Part shown: positions 15,691 to 25,060 of the stretch, piece after piece
How positions within the stretch are numbered: position 1 is the first letter of the stretch
How the letters are laid out: every line of letters begins with the position of its first letter
DNA from: Clostridiaceae bacterium
Lineage (GTDB): Bacteria > Bacillota > Clostridia > UBA1212 > DUPL01
Direction of reading: 5' to 3'
DNA length: 43,559 bases
NCBI GenBank assembly: GCA_012522035.1
Contig: JAAYLF010000063.1
Location: forward strand, 1-43,559
Position numbers and translations under genes: made by a program
The notes under the pieces: model-generated
What the model saw: only the letters and a program-made list of their open reading frames with translations
Databases searched by the model: none
Told to the model about the DNA's origin: nothing

Positions 15691-17844
15691 ATGAACATCG
15701 TCAGAAGAATTGCAAAAGAACTTGAAATCAAAGAATATCAGGTGGAAAACACCATCAAGCTAATCGATGAAGGAAACACCATCCCCTTCATAGCAAGATA
15801 CAGAAAAGAAGCCCACGGTTCATTGGACGACACAACCTTGAGAGAACTTGAAAAAAAGCTCAACTACCTAAGAAGCCTTGAAAGCAAAAAAGAAGAGGTT
15901 AAAAATCTGCTTGAAAAACAAGGGGTTTTGGATGAAAAACTGATTCAGGAAATTGAAAAGGCAGACACTTTGTCTGAAATTGAAGACATTTATAGACCCT
16001 ACAGACCAAAAAGAAGAACAAGAGCCACTATCGCAAAGGAAAAAGGCCTTAATCCCTTGGAAGAAGCTATCTACAATCAAACAAAGTTTGGTATGCCTTT
16101 GGAAGAATATATTCAAAAATATATCGACGACAACAAGGACACAGTCACTGTGGAGTCCCTTGAGGAAGCAATAAATGGTATCAGCGACATTATCGCTGAA
16201 TTTGTAAGTGATGATGCTGAAATCAGAAAGAGAGTAAGAGGCCACTTCATTCTAAACAGCCAGATAGTATCCAAGGCTACGGATCCTGAAGCAGAGTCGG
16301 TTTACTCAAACTACTACGACTATGCTGAATCCACGATTAAAATTGCAGACCACAGGATACTGGCAGTTAACAGAGGAGAAAAGGAAGGCTTCCTAAAAGT
16401 CACAATCCAGGTTAGCAAGGAAAATGTACTCAGGTTGATAAACAACTATGTCATCAAGAATGACTGCCAGTACCGCGACTTTTTGGAAAAAGCCATAGAA
16501 GACTCCTATACCCGCCTCATTGAGCCCTCTATCGAAAGAGAGATAAGAAACTCCCTTACTGAAAGGGCTGTTGAAGGCGCTATTAAAAACTTTTCCAAAA
16601 ACCTCAAGCAGCTTCTTATGCAGAGACCTTTGAAAGGAAAAGTGGTAATGGGAATAGATCCCGCCTACAGAACCGGATGCAAATTTGCAGTATGCGATGA
16701 CACAGGCAAAGTGCTGGATACAGGGGTCATCTATCCTACTCCACCCCACAACAAGGTTGAAGAGGCTGCAAAAATACTGAAGGCTGCAATTGAAAAACAT
16801 GATGTGGATGTAATTGCCATAGGCAACGGCACCGCATCCGGTGAAACTGAAATGTTTGCTGCTTCACTGCATATGGATCTTAAAAGAAACATAGGATATA
16901 TTGTTGTAAATGAAGCTGGGGCGAGCGTTTACTCGGCCTCCGAACTTGCCGCAGAAGAGTTTCCGGATTTTGATGTTGCATTAAGAAGCGCAGTATCCAT
17001 TGCAAGAAGACTGCAGGATCCGCTGACAGAGCTTGTAAAGATTGATCCCAAGGCAATTGGTGTAGGACAATACCAGCACGACATGCCCACCAACCTTTTG
17101 GATTCTGCACTAAAGGGCGTAGTGGAAGACAGCGTCAACACTGTAGGAGTGGACCTTAATACCGCCTCTTTCTCCATCCTCTCCTATGTTTCCGGAATTA
17201 ACACTTCTGTAGCCAGGGAGATTGTGAAGTACAGGGAGGAAAACGGCAAATTCAAAAACAGAAAAGAACTTCTAAAGGTGCCCAAACTTGGCGCAAAGAC
17301 TTTCGAGATGTGCGCAGGATTTTTAAGAATACCAGAAAGTGATGATTTTCTTGACAACACTGCGGTTCACCCCGAGTCCTATGAGCCTGCAAGGAAACTC
17401 CTTGAGATGTGCGGAATCGAATCCACCAAGGATTTGAAACTGGTTGAGGAAAGGGCAAGGAAACTGGGTATTGAAAAAATAGCCAAGGCCATTGAAGTGG
17501 GAGTTCCAACCCTTGTTGACATTATTGAGGAGATAAAGAAGCCTGGAAGAGATATAAGGGATACATTACCCTCACCGATTGTCCGCACCGAACTACTAAC
17601 CCTTGAGAACCTGAAGGAAGGCATGATTCTGACCGGGACTGTAAGGAATGTAATAGACTTTGGTGCCTTTGTAGACATTGGAGTTCATCAGGACGGCCTT
17701 GTGCACATATCTGAAATCTGCGACAAATACATCAAACACCCGTCGGAAGTTCTAAGCGTGGGAGATATAATCAAAGTAAAGGTTATTAGTGTTGACGCTG
17801 GCAGAAAAAGAATATCTCTCAGCATGAAAAACATTCCACAATAG
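15691..17844 (+). CDS. tex: Tex-like transcription accessory protein (YqgF/RuvC-like, HhH and C-terminal S1 domain)
   Basis: 717 aa. N-terminal IPFIARYRKE, central GIDPAYRTGCKFAV (YqgF-like), C-terminal S1 domain GTVRNVIDFGAFVDIG...GLVHISE. A TGCTATAAT extended -10 lies at 15649-15657. Confidence 0.93.
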   Translation: MNIVRRIAKELEIKEYQVENTIKLIDEGNTIPFIARYRKEAHGSLDDTTLRELEKKLNYLRSLESKKEEVKNLLEKQGVLDEKLIQEIEKADTLSEIEDIYRPYRPKRRTRATIAKEKGLNPLEEAIYNQTKFGMPLEEYIQKYIDDNKDTVTVESLEEAINGISDIIAEFVSDDAEIRKRVRGHFILNSQIVSKATDPEAESVYSNYYDYAESTIKIADHRILAVNRGEKEGFLKVTIQVSKENVLRLINNYVIKNDCQYRDFLEKAIEDSYTRLIEPSIEREIRNSLTERAVEGAIKNFSKNLKQLLMQRPLKGKVVMGIDPAYRTGCKFAVCDDTGKVLDTGVIYPTPPHNKVEEAAKILKAAIEKHDVDVIAIGNGTASGETEMFAASLHMDLKRNIGYIVVNEAGASVYSASELAAEEFPDFDVALRSAVSIARRLQDPLTELVKIDPKAIGVGQYQHDMPTNLLDSALKGVVEDSVNTVGVDLNTASFSILSYVSGINTSVAREIVKYREENGKFKNRKELLKVPKLGAKTFEMCAGFLRIPESDDFLDNTAVHPESYEPARKLLEMCGIESTKDLKLVEERARKLGIEKIAKAIEVGVPTLVDIIEEIKKPGRDIRDTLPSPIVRTELLTLENLKEGMILTGTVRNVIDFGAFVDIGVHQDGLVHISEICDKYIKHPSEVLSVGDIIKVKVISVDAGRKRISLSMKNIPQ

Positions 17845-17852
17845 GTGATTCT

Positions 17853-20489
17853 ATGAAGTATTCCACGGAAAGAATTCTTTCTTTGGCTTTCGCTATGGTA
17901 CTGGTTGTAATTATGCTTGTGACCAGCAAGCATAATTACGACAAACACCCTCCTACAGGGCATTTGAAACTTACTGTGGGAGAGGTATGCATATTCTCAC
18001 TCATGGATAACAAATACATGCAGTTCAGTCTTGAAAAGGATAAATCTTACGAAATTTCTCTTGACATGGATACAAAAGTCTTCAAGGACACATACATAGG
18101 TCTTTCCAGCGATCAGGGAAACATTCAAATTGACGGAAAACACGCAAACAACACCCTTTTTCCATTAACAAACGGCAAATCCATAACAATAAAATCGGAC
18201 AAAAACGCAGTTCTTTTCGTATCAGTCTTTACATACAACAAAACCATAAACAAGGAAATACTCTATACCGGCAGTTTTTATTTTCTAAACAGCATAAAAG
18301 ACTTTTCGAATGAGAAAGAGGATTTGATTCTAGTTCTTACAGGGGATGTCAAGACAAATGAAACATTGATAATAAACAGGCCCTGTGAGTTCTATTTGAA
18401 TGGATACAGCTTTGAGTCCACACAAGACTTTATAGTGGATTTTGAATCCGACAAACCCTTTGCAATCCACTTGCAAGACAAAAAACAGATCAAGGTCGGC
18501 GCCTTTTATGCAAATACTCCAAACAGCAGCATAACCATTGACAAGAAATTTTTCAGTGATGAACTGGAGTATGCAATAAAAGCCAAAACCTTGAACGGTA
18601 AATCCCTCGGAACACGAATCACTGTAAAAAGTGCGGAAAAGTTCCTTCAGCTTGTTGACGACAACCACTACCCCCTTCTTTATCCGGATACCACAATTGC
18701 AGTCGAAGGCTTTGTTCTTGATGCAAAAGCCGTTGAATCCTTCTACAAAACACACAAGAAGGAAGTGACTGTCACAAAACCCATCAGGATTGATGTTGGC
18801 AAAGGGTTTGAAATAAAAGGTGTGATGCTAAACATCCAAACGGATGATAGCGGCACATTGGTTTTCAATTTGGCAAAGAACGCAAAATTCTTCCACCACC
18901 AAATTTCAATAGATGCACCTAACTGCTCCCTTTTATGGACAAATTCAGCTCCGAAAGAAGATTATGTGGCAAAATACATGAATGTTAAAACATACCAGGG
19001 AAAACCTTTAAAAAGCATTCTTGGCGGCAGCGGAAAAGGAAGAATTATTGATTTTAAAAGCAGTGATTCTTTAGACCTTGAATGGGTGGTAAAAGGAAAT
19101 GTAATTGAAGCCCAAGTTCCTTTTAATACCAGCGACAAGCAGCTTGCCAATATTGAAATCAGTTTTAATAGCAGCGAAGGTACAGCTGAAATAGATAAGG
19201 AGTATGATAAAGGGAACAATGTGGTAGACCTGTTTAAATCTCCCTTGATTGTTGTAACCGATGAGGAAGGCAAAACAAGAACGTACATGGTAGCTGTAAA
19301 AAGAAAAGCAAACTCTCTTCCTATCATCTATATATACACAGATAACCACAGGACTATTGATTCAAAGGAAGAGTACATAGCAGGATCCTTCATGATGGAT
19401 GCAGACCATGTAGATGAAAATCTGACAATACCAACCACAAACATGAATATTAGAGGGAGGGGCAATTCCACCTGGAGACTTTTTGACAAGAAACCATATA
19501 GGATCAAGTTTAATGAAAAAGTATCCCTGTTTGGCCTTGCACCTAACAGGGACTGGGTGCTTCTTGCAAACTATGCCGATCAGTCCCTGCTTAGAAATTA
19601 CGTTGCCATGGAAATGGGGAAGAAACTTACAAACCTTAAATTCACGCCTTCTTCCTACCCTGTTGACCTGTTTGTCAATGGCGAGTACATGGGTGTATAT
19701 TCCATTGGTGAGCAGATAGAAGTTGCAAAAAGCCGCGTGGATATTGACGAGGACTATGACGACCCTGATACCGGATATCTCCTGGAGGTGGGCGGTACTG
19801 ACAATGTCCTCGAGCTGGGTGTTAACTTTTTCCACTGTCTGATTCTAAAATGGGTCGCCATAAAGAGTCCGGACACAAGAACAATGTCAAAAGAACACTT
19901 TGACTTCATATCACGATTTACGAAAGATGCAGACAATGCCATCGTCAGAAACCAGGATTATGAAAACTACGTGGACATAGACTCGGTTATAGACTGGGTA
20001 ATTCTCCACGAGTTTACCTGCAATCTCGATTCAGGTTTTAGAAGAAGCTGTTTTCTGTACAAGGAAAAAGGCGGAAAACTCCACATGGGACCTGTTTGGG
20101 ATTTTGACCTTGCCTTTGGCAACTACTTCCGGGACGGCTCCTATGACACATGGTTTACCTGCGGTGGAGAAACTTTGGGAAATACCTGGACCACATTCCT
20201 TTATCAATATCCTGAGTTTAACGAAAAATACAAAAAGAGATGGAACGAGATAAAGGGCGTTCTTAAAGAAACAGCTCTTTCTGCGGTAAACAACGGAAAA
20301 GACATGGTTTTTGAGTCTGCCAGGTACAACTTTGAAAAATGGAACAAGCTGCTTGGAAACAAGACTTCCCTTCAGCCTGACCATATCAGGGAATTAAAAA
20401 CATATGACGACCATATCAACTATCTAATTGATTTCATAAACACACGTTATGAATGGCTTGACAACGCCATAAACAACCTGCCCTCGTAG
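17853..20489 (+). CDS. cotH: CotH-family (atypical kinase) spore-coat-like protein with a large N-terminal region
   Basis: 878 aa. N-terminal signal anchor. The C-terminal ~400 aa carries CotH landmarks NIRGRGNSTW...KKPYRIKF, NYADQSLLRNYVA and GPVWDFDLAFGN. The start is 8 nt after the tex stop. Confidence 0.85.
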   Translation: MKYSTERILSLAFAMVLVVIMLVTSKHNYDKHPPTGHLKLTVGEVCIFSLMDNKYMQFSLEKDKSYEISLDMDTKVFKDTYIGLSSDQGNIQIDGKHANNTLFPLTNGKSITIKSDKNAVLFVSVFTYNKTINKEILYTGSFYFLNSIKDFSNEKEDLILVLTGDVKTNETLIINRPCEFYLNGYSFESTQDFIVDFESDKPFAIHLQDKKQIKVGAFYANTPNSSITIDKKFFSDELEYAIKAKTLNGKSLGTRITVKSAEKFLQLVDDNHYPLLYPDTTIAVEGFVLDAKAVESFYKTHKKEVTVTKPIRIDVGKGFEIKGVMLNIQTDDSGTLVFNLAKNAKFFHHQISIDAPNCSLLWTNSAPKEDYVAKYMNVKTYQGKPLKSILGGSGKGRIIDFKSSDSLDLEWVVKGNVIEAQVPFNTSDKQLANIEISFNSSEGTAEIDKEYDKGNNVVDLFKSPLIVVTDEEGKTRTYMVAVKRKANSLPIIYIYTDNHRTIDSKEEYIAGSFMMDADHVDENLTIPTTNMNIRGRGNSTWRLFDKKPYRIKFNEKVSLFGLAPNRDWVLLANYADQSLLRNYVAMEMGKKLTNLKFTPSSYPVDLFVNGEYMGVYSIGEQIEVAKSRVDIDEDYDDPDTGYLLEVGGTDNVLELGVNFFHCLILKWVAIKSPDTRTMSKEHFDFISRFTKDADNAIVRNQDYENYVDIDSVIDWVILHEFTCNLDSGFRRSCFLYKEKGGKLHMGPVWDFDLAFGNYFRDGSYDTWFTCGGETLGNTWTTFLYQYPEFNEKYKKRWNEIKGVLKETALSAVNNGKDMVFESARYNFEKWNKLLGNKTSLQPDHIRELKTYDDHINYLIDFINTRYEWLDNAINNLPS

Positions 20490-20552
20490 AAAAAGTAATA
20501 TTTACGAAAGCTTGTCATATAATTTACCATAACTATTTAGTGAGGGATATGT

Positions 20553-21674
20553 ATGAGCTTTAACAATGGATATTACTTTTTCGAGCATAGCGACAAAAGT
20601 GTAAGCGGGTACATCATGTTCAGAAAGACAAACGGAATTGTACGCGTTCAAATCCTGGTTGAAGGACTTAACGTACCTGCTGACAAGGGACAAGTGTATG
20701 TCTCAAATGCCCACGGTGTCAAGCTGCATTTGGCGGATGTTCCTTTGAGAAAGATGAAAAATGGAAGAAGGAGCGTTAACTGCGACGTACGCTTCGATAA
20801 AAGCAAAAAACCATTGAGCAGTTTTGACTGCGCCCACATAGTCGTAAGGAACAAATCCGTCATTGAGGCTTTTTCCGGAAAAATAAGAAGCTTTGACAGG
20901 GACATGTTCAGCGACAGCTACCAAAAAAAGCCTGAAAAAAAGGAGTTGGACAAGACCGCTGAAAAACCCAAACCAGAACCAAAGCCAGAACCAAAACCAG
21001 AACCCAAGCCTCAACCCAAGCCGGAACCAAAACCTCAACCTCAACCTAAACCAGAACCCAGGCAGCTTGTTGATATTGAAACCAAGCCCGAAATCAAGGA
21101 GGTAAAACCTCCCGAGCCCAAGAAGGTTGAAAATGGCAATGCTAACGGTCGTGAACTCGCACCTCAAAAAACCGAGCAGTTATCAAAACCTCAGCTTTCG
21201 GAAAAACCCAGCTTTGACTGGGATGAATTCCTGAACAAGGAACTTAGGGCAGCAGATATAAACAAGGAAGTCAAAAAGGAGGAAAAGTCTCCTGACGACA
21301 TTTTCAATGAAATGCTCCTTCCCTTTGATCCATTCAACACCACAAACAAGGCATATAGCTGGTGGGTTGCAGACAGCTATCAGCAGGCATACGATGCTTT
21401 CAAGGCTGTAAATGTGCTAATGCCTACAATAATTACCAAGTTTCTGTACAATAATATTGAAAACCATAAGCATGCACTAATTGGCAGGTACGAACAGGAC
21501 GGCCGTAAATTCGTGATCCTTGGAATACCTTCTGCCAATGTCATTACCAACTCCGTCGCCCGCTGGATGAAGTGTTCAGTCTTCTATACGGATGCAGAAT
21601 ATGTTGGCTATCTTCTCTACTACATAGACGCAAAAACATCTTCATTGGTTAAGGCGGTGCCCCAGGAAGACTGA
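20553..21674 (+). CDS. Hypothetical protein with a central (PEPK)n proline-rich linker
   Basis: 373 aa, SD GAGGGA. N- and C-terminal globular parts flank EKPKPEPKPEPKPEPKPQPKPEPKPQPQPKPEP. Confidence 0.6.
   Translation: MSFNNGYYFFEHSDKSVSGYIMFRKTNGIVRVQILVEGLNVPADKGQVYVSNAHGVKLHLADVPLRKMKNGRRSVNCDVRFDKSKKPLSSFDCAHIVVRNKSVIEAFSGKIRSFDRDMFSDSYQKKPEKKELDKTAEKPKPEPKPEPKPEPKPQPKPEPKPQPQPKPEPRQLVDIETKPEIKEVKPPEPKKVENGNANGRELAPQKTEQLSKPQLSEKPSFDWDEFLNKELRAADINKEVKKEEKSPDDIFNEMLLPFDPFNTTNKAYSWWVADSYQQAYDAFKAVNVLMPTIITKFLYNNIENHKHALIGRYEQDGRKFVILGIPSANVITNSVARWMKCSVFYTDAEYVGYLLYYIDAKTSSLVKAVPQED
20964..21059 (+). repeat. In-frame imperfect tandem repeat (about 12-nt period) encoding PEPK/PQPK units
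   Basis: AAA CCC AAA CCA GAA CCA AAG CCA GAA CCA AAA CCA GAA CCC AAG CCT CAA ... read directly, in frame with the 20553 ORF. Confidence 0.85.
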
Positions 21675-21676
21675 TA

Positions 21677-22201
21677 TCAAATGCCAAAAAGCAAGGATAT
21701 GAAAACCCCTGCATAGAAAGCGGATGCAAAACTTGCAATAAGAGCAGCTGTCAAAACATTGGGGGTTTTCCTTATTCTTGTATTCTGGGTGTAAACAGTC
21801 AAGGTATAAAGAATGGTTTCTGTAGAACCCATCATAACGGATGCAATCATGCCCGCTTTTGAATCCGCACCGTAAGTTTTGAATATGTCTGCAAGAAGGG
21901 CAAGGGATCCGCTGCCTGACACCGGTCTCATGATCAGAAAAGGAACAAGGGCGTCGTCAAGACCAAGAAAACTTGTAACCGGGTGCAAAAAAGACACCAG
22001 TATATCCAAAGCACCGGATGCCCTGAACACGCTGATTGCTACAATCAGACCTACCAGAGAAGGAAGAAGCTTTACAATTGTGGTTGCTCCTTCCTTTGCT
22101 CCTGATATAAAAGAATCAAAACATTTTACCTTTCTGAACACTCCGGAAACAAGAATCAAGAGAACCATTACCGGTATTACATATGAAATAAATTTGGTCA
22201 C
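21677..22201 (-). CDS. spmB: Spore maturation protein B (nucleoside-recognition/Gate-domain membrane protein)
   Basis: 174 aa polytopic membrane protein. GTG start in a GTGA overlap with spmA. The pair arrangement and size match SpmA/SpmB. Confidence 0.8.
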   Translation of the reverse strand: MTKFISYVIPVMVLLILVSGVFRKVKCFDSFISGAKEGATTIVKLLPSLVGLIVAISVFRASGALDILVSFLHPVTSFLGLDDALVPFLIMRPVSGSGSLALLADIFKTYGADSKAGMIASVMMGSTETILYTLTVYTQNTRIRKTPNVLTAALIASFASAFYAGVFISLLFGI

Positions 22202-22779
22202 TGACGCTTCCTCCTTCCATCAAGAATGAAGAATAGAAGAAGGGCTGTCAAAAGAGTTAGAACTGACGTTATCCAAATAGGCACCAAAACATCCGCAGGA
22301 TTCCTTGCACCAAAGGAGCTTCTCAATGCAATAATGGTTGTTGGAACAAGTTGAAGACATGCAGAATTTACAACAAGGAACAGACATGTGCTTTTCCTGG
22401 CCGTGGTGTTTGGATTCGTCCTTTCAAGTTCCTGGACGGCTGCAATTCCTGATGGAGTGGCTCCATTACCCAAGCCAAGAAAGTTGGCTGTCAGGTTTGT
22501 TACAATATGCTTTTCCGCTTCCTTGTTGTACCTTGTTTCAGGAAACAACCTTCTGATTACGGGACTTATTAGTCTGGAGATAAAATTAATGCCTCCTGCA
22601 TCCTGGAAAATGCGCATCAAGCCGCACCAAAGGGATACAACACCTATAAGGCCTATGCAAAAAGTCACCGCATCATTTGACGCATCCAATAATGTTTTGC
22701 CAACAGCATCAATTTTTCCGCCAGCTATACCAACGACCAGACCTACAATCAATAAAGCGACCCAGATATAGTTTAGCAT
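22198..22779 (-). CDS. spmA: Spore maturation protein A
   Basis: 193 aa beginning MLNYIWVALLIVG. Membrane protein with NFLGLGNGATP-type nucleoside-recognition motifs. Coupled to spmB. Confidence 0.8.
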   Translation of the reverse strand: MLNYIWVALLIVGLVVGIAGGKIDAVGKTLLDASNDAVTFCIGLIGVVSLWCGLMRIFQDAGGINFISRLISPVIRRLFPETRYNKEAEKHIVTNLTANFLGLGNGATPSGIAAVQELERTNPNTTARKSTCLFLVVNSACLQLVPTTIIALRSSFGARNPADVLVPIWITSVLTLLTALLLFFILDGRRKRQ

Positions 22780-22866
22780 ATTACCTACCCATTCAATTTC
22801 CTTTTTAAATGTATATGCCTGGCCAATTCCAAATATTTGTTGTAATATTAAATTATCCTATTTCTA

Positions 22867-22895
22867 TTGACTTTAATTTACATTTGGGGTAAGAT
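22867..22895 (+). promoter_or_regulatory. Putative sigma-A promoter of abrB (TTGACT-17-TAAGAT)
   Basis: TTGACT 22867-22872, 17-nt spacer, TAAGAT 22890-22895, then GGGGAGGAG and ATG 22935. Confidence 0.5.
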
Positions 22896-22934
22896 TATAG
22901 GTGTAATTATTATTGTAAAGGGGAGGAGAATAAT

Positions 22935-23177
22935 ATGATGAAATCAACGGGTATAGTTAGACGAGTTGACGAGCTAGGAAGAGTTGTACTTCCCATTGAA
23001 CTTAGAAGAACACTCGACATCCAAGAAAAGGACGCCCTCGAGATCTACGTGGATGCCAATTCAATTATATTGAAGAAATATGAACCATCCTGTGTTTTCT
23101 GCGGCAATGCCAGAGATGTGATTCAATACAAGGGAAAAAACATTTGCCCGGATTGCATTTACGACCTTAAAAAGTAA
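22935..23177 (+). CDS. abrB: AbrB-family transition-state regulator (SpoVT/AbrB swapped-hairpin N-domain, Cys4 C-terminus)
   Basis: MKSTGIVRRVDELGRVVLPIELRRTLDIQEKDALEIYVD is almost the B. subtilis AbrB N-domain. The C-terminus has CVFCG...CPDC. Confidence 0.9.
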   Translation: MMKSTGIVRRVDELGRVVLPIELRRTLDIQEKDALEIYVDANSIILKKYEPSCVFCGNARDVIQYKGKNICPDCIYDLKK

Positions 23178-23185
23178 CATATTAC

Positions 23186-23215
23186 AGGCGCTATCAAAGT
23201 ATAGTGCCTTTTTTC
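23186..23215 (+). terminator. Intrinsic terminator of abrB, overlapping the 3' end of convergent rsmI
   Basis: AGGCGCTAT (23186-23194) pairs with ATAGTGCCT (23201-23209), giving 9 bp including one G-U and a 6-nt loop. It is followed by TTTTTCTTTT. Confidence 0.55.
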
Positions 23216-24030
23216 TTTTCATAAATGGCATAAACATCATTTCTTGAAAGATTGGTTTCCTTTGCGACTTCTTTAATCGCATTGTTTCTCTTGTGGCCCT
23301 TTTCTATCTTATCATTAACCATTTTGAATATTTCATCATCTTCGTATTCATTAACCTGTTCCACTTCCCGAGCCCCTTCAATAACTATAACAAACTCGCC
23401 TCTTGGATTGTTTTCTTCATAGAACTCAATCAAACTGTCCACACTACCCCATTTCAACTCTTCAAACTTTTTCGTAAGTTCTCTGGCAAGACAAATCTGC
23501 CTGTCCCCTACATATTCTTTCATTTCCTTGAGAGTGGAAAGAATGTGGTGAGGTGGGGCATAAAACACAAGAGTCCTTTTTTCATTTGATATTCTTTCAA
23601 GGACTTCCTTTCTTTTTTTCTTGTCCTGGGGAAGAAATCCTTCGAAAACAAAGCTTCTTGTATTGAAGCCGGACAAAACAGCGCCCATTATCAAAGCACA
23701 GGGACCGGGGATCAAAGTATATTCAATGCCGTTTTCTATAGCAAGTTTCACCAAATCCTCACCAGGATCAGAAATGCCAGGAGTACCCGCATCGGTAACA
23801 TACGCAATGGACTCTCCATTTTTCAGCTTCCCTATCAATACTTCTCCCAAAGAATCCTTGTTGTGCTCATGGTAGCTTACAAGAGGCTTTTTGATATCGA
23901 AATGCATGAGAAGTTTTGAAGTGTGTCTTGTGTCTTCCGCAGCAATCAAATCCACACTTCTCAAAGTATTCAGCGCTCTTAACGATATATCTTCAAGGTT
24001 TCCTATCGGGGTTGCAACCAAGTACAGCAT
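23194..24030 (-). CDS. rsmI: 16S rRNA (cytidine1402-2'-O)-methyltransferase
   Basis: 278 aa beginning MLYLVATPIGNLEDISLRAL, with AEDTRHT and GTPGISDPG, the tetrapyrrole-methylase-fold RsmI signatures. Confidence 0.9.
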   Translation of the reverse strand: MLYLVATPIGNLEDISLRALNTLRSVDLIAAEDTRHTSKLLMHFDIKKPLVSYHEHNKDSLGEVLIGKLKNGESIAYVTDAGTPGISDPGEDLVKLAIENGIEYTLIPGPCALIMGAVLSGFNTRSFVFEGFLPQDKKKRKEVLERISNEKRTLVFYAPPHHILSTLKEMKEYVGDRQICLARELTKKFEELKWGSVDSLIEFYEENNPRGEFVIVIEGAREVEQVNEYEDDEIFKMVNDKIEKGHKRNNAIKEVAKETNLSRNDVYAIYEKKKGTIL

Positions 24031-24039
24031 TTCCTTCTC

Positions 24040-24759
24040 CTATAAATTCACTTTTTTCTCAATCATTTTGCACGGAAGTTCAGGATCCACAAGCACTGGC
24101 GGTCCCACTTTCAAATTCTCACCGCCATACAGATTTGCCTTAAGCAAAAACAATATGGGACCGTCTGAAAGTTTTGAGTGCACAAACCTTATCAGTTTAG
24201 GTTCAAGCTTGTATTTTCTTAATGCACCCAGAGTGTCGCACAGCCTGTCCGGTCTGTTTACCATATACAAGGCACCTTTGGGTACCAAAACCATTGCTGC
24301 ACCTTTTACAACATCCTCAATGGTACAAAGGACCTCGTGCCTTGCAGCAGCATTGCTTTCATTGACATTCATAAGACCTGTCCCAAGTTTTTTATACGGG
24401 GGATTTGTAACCACCACATCGAAACTGGCTCTGGGAAAGTAGTCAAGAATGCTTTTGACATCTCCTCTAACAATGGAAATCCTATCGTTCAGGTTGTTCA
24501 AACTGACACTTCTTGCTGCCATGTCGGCTATATGGTCCTGTATTTCAAGTCCTGTAAAAGTGCTTTCAGAATTTTTATAAGACAAAAGAATGGGGATGAT
24601 ACCAGAACCGGTTCCTATGTCAAGAACTCTTTGCTTTCCCTTCAATTCCACAAAAAGCGACAAAAGGATGCTGTCAGTACCAAATCTGAAACTGTCCTTT
24701 TTCTGTATTATTCTTAAATTGCCAATCATCAAGTCTTCTATTCTTTCATCCGGCAGCAT
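24040..24759 (-). CDS. SAM-dependent methyltransferase, YabB/TrmN6-like (NPPY motif)
   Basis: VLDIGTGSGIIP (SAM motif I) and VVTNPPY (motif IV). I prefer ATG 24759 (MLPDERIEDL, SD AAGGGG) over the track TTG 24801. Confidence 0.8.
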   Translation of the reverse strand: MLPDERIEDLMIGNLRIIQKKDSFRFGTDSILLSLFVELKGKQRVLDIGTGSGIIPILLSYKNSESTFTGLEIQDHIADMAARSVSLNNLNDRISIVRGDVKSILDYFPRASFDVVVTNPPYKKLGTGLMNVNESNAAARHEVLCTIEDVVKGAAMVLVPKGALYMVNRPDRLCDTLGALRKYKLEPKLIRFVHSKLSDGPILFLLKANLYGGENLKVGPPVLVDPELPCKMIEKKVNL

Positions 24760-24775
24760 AAAAACCCCTTTAATC

Positions 24776-24802
24776 AAAAAAGCTTGCTTGATACCAAGCA
24801 AA
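24776..24802 (-). terminator. Terminator-like hairpin plus U6 after the ferredoxin gene
   Basis: Minus strand UUUGCUUG-GUAU-CAAGCAAG (8 bp with one G-U) then C-UUUUUU. It lies only about 17 nt before the methyltransferase ATG. Confidence 0.5.
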
Positions 24803-24836
24803 CTTTTTTATTAGTTATTCCAAAGTCATGTACTTA

Positions 24837-25007
24837 TTATTCCTGTGGCTTTGGAGCATCAGTAGGGCATACAGCCGCGCAGCTGCCACAATCTATGCAT
24901 TGCTCAGCATCTATTACGTAAATATCACCCTCTGAAATACAATCTGTTGGACACTCTGCCACACACGCTCCGCATGCGATGCAGTCATCTGTAATATGAT
25001 ATGCCAT
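24837..25007 (-). CDS. 2x[4Fe-4S] ferredoxin (56 aa), missing from the supplied ORF track
   Basis: My translation is MAYHITDDCIACGACVAECPTDCISEGDIYVIDAEQCIDCGSCAAVCPTDAPKPQE. It has two CxxCxxCxxxCP clusters, SD GGGGGTG 5 nt upstream and a TAA stop at 24837-24839. Confidence 0.85.
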   Translation of the reverse strand: MAYHITDDCIACGACVAECPTDCISEGDIYVIDAEQCIDCGSCAAVCPTDAPKPQE

Positions 25008-25060
25008 AAATACACCCCCAAATAATTTACGTACTATTTTATTTTACCACCAAATACGTA

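Noticed and set aside
20964-21059. The short-period tandem repeat as a possible CRISPR array or non-coding satellite
   Set aside because: The period is about 12 nt with no spacers. The repeat is in frame inside a 373-aa ORF and encodes a Pro-rich linker, so it is a coding repeat.
20703-21167. A minus-strand 154-aa ORF with GFWFRLRL repeats
   Set aside because: It is the mirror image of the (PEPK)n coding repeat on the plus strand and has no independent start signals.
23891-24442. A 183-aa plus-strand ORF across the rsmI/methyltransferase junction
   Set aside because: It is antisense to two well-supported genes and crosses their intergenic gap. There are no start signals.
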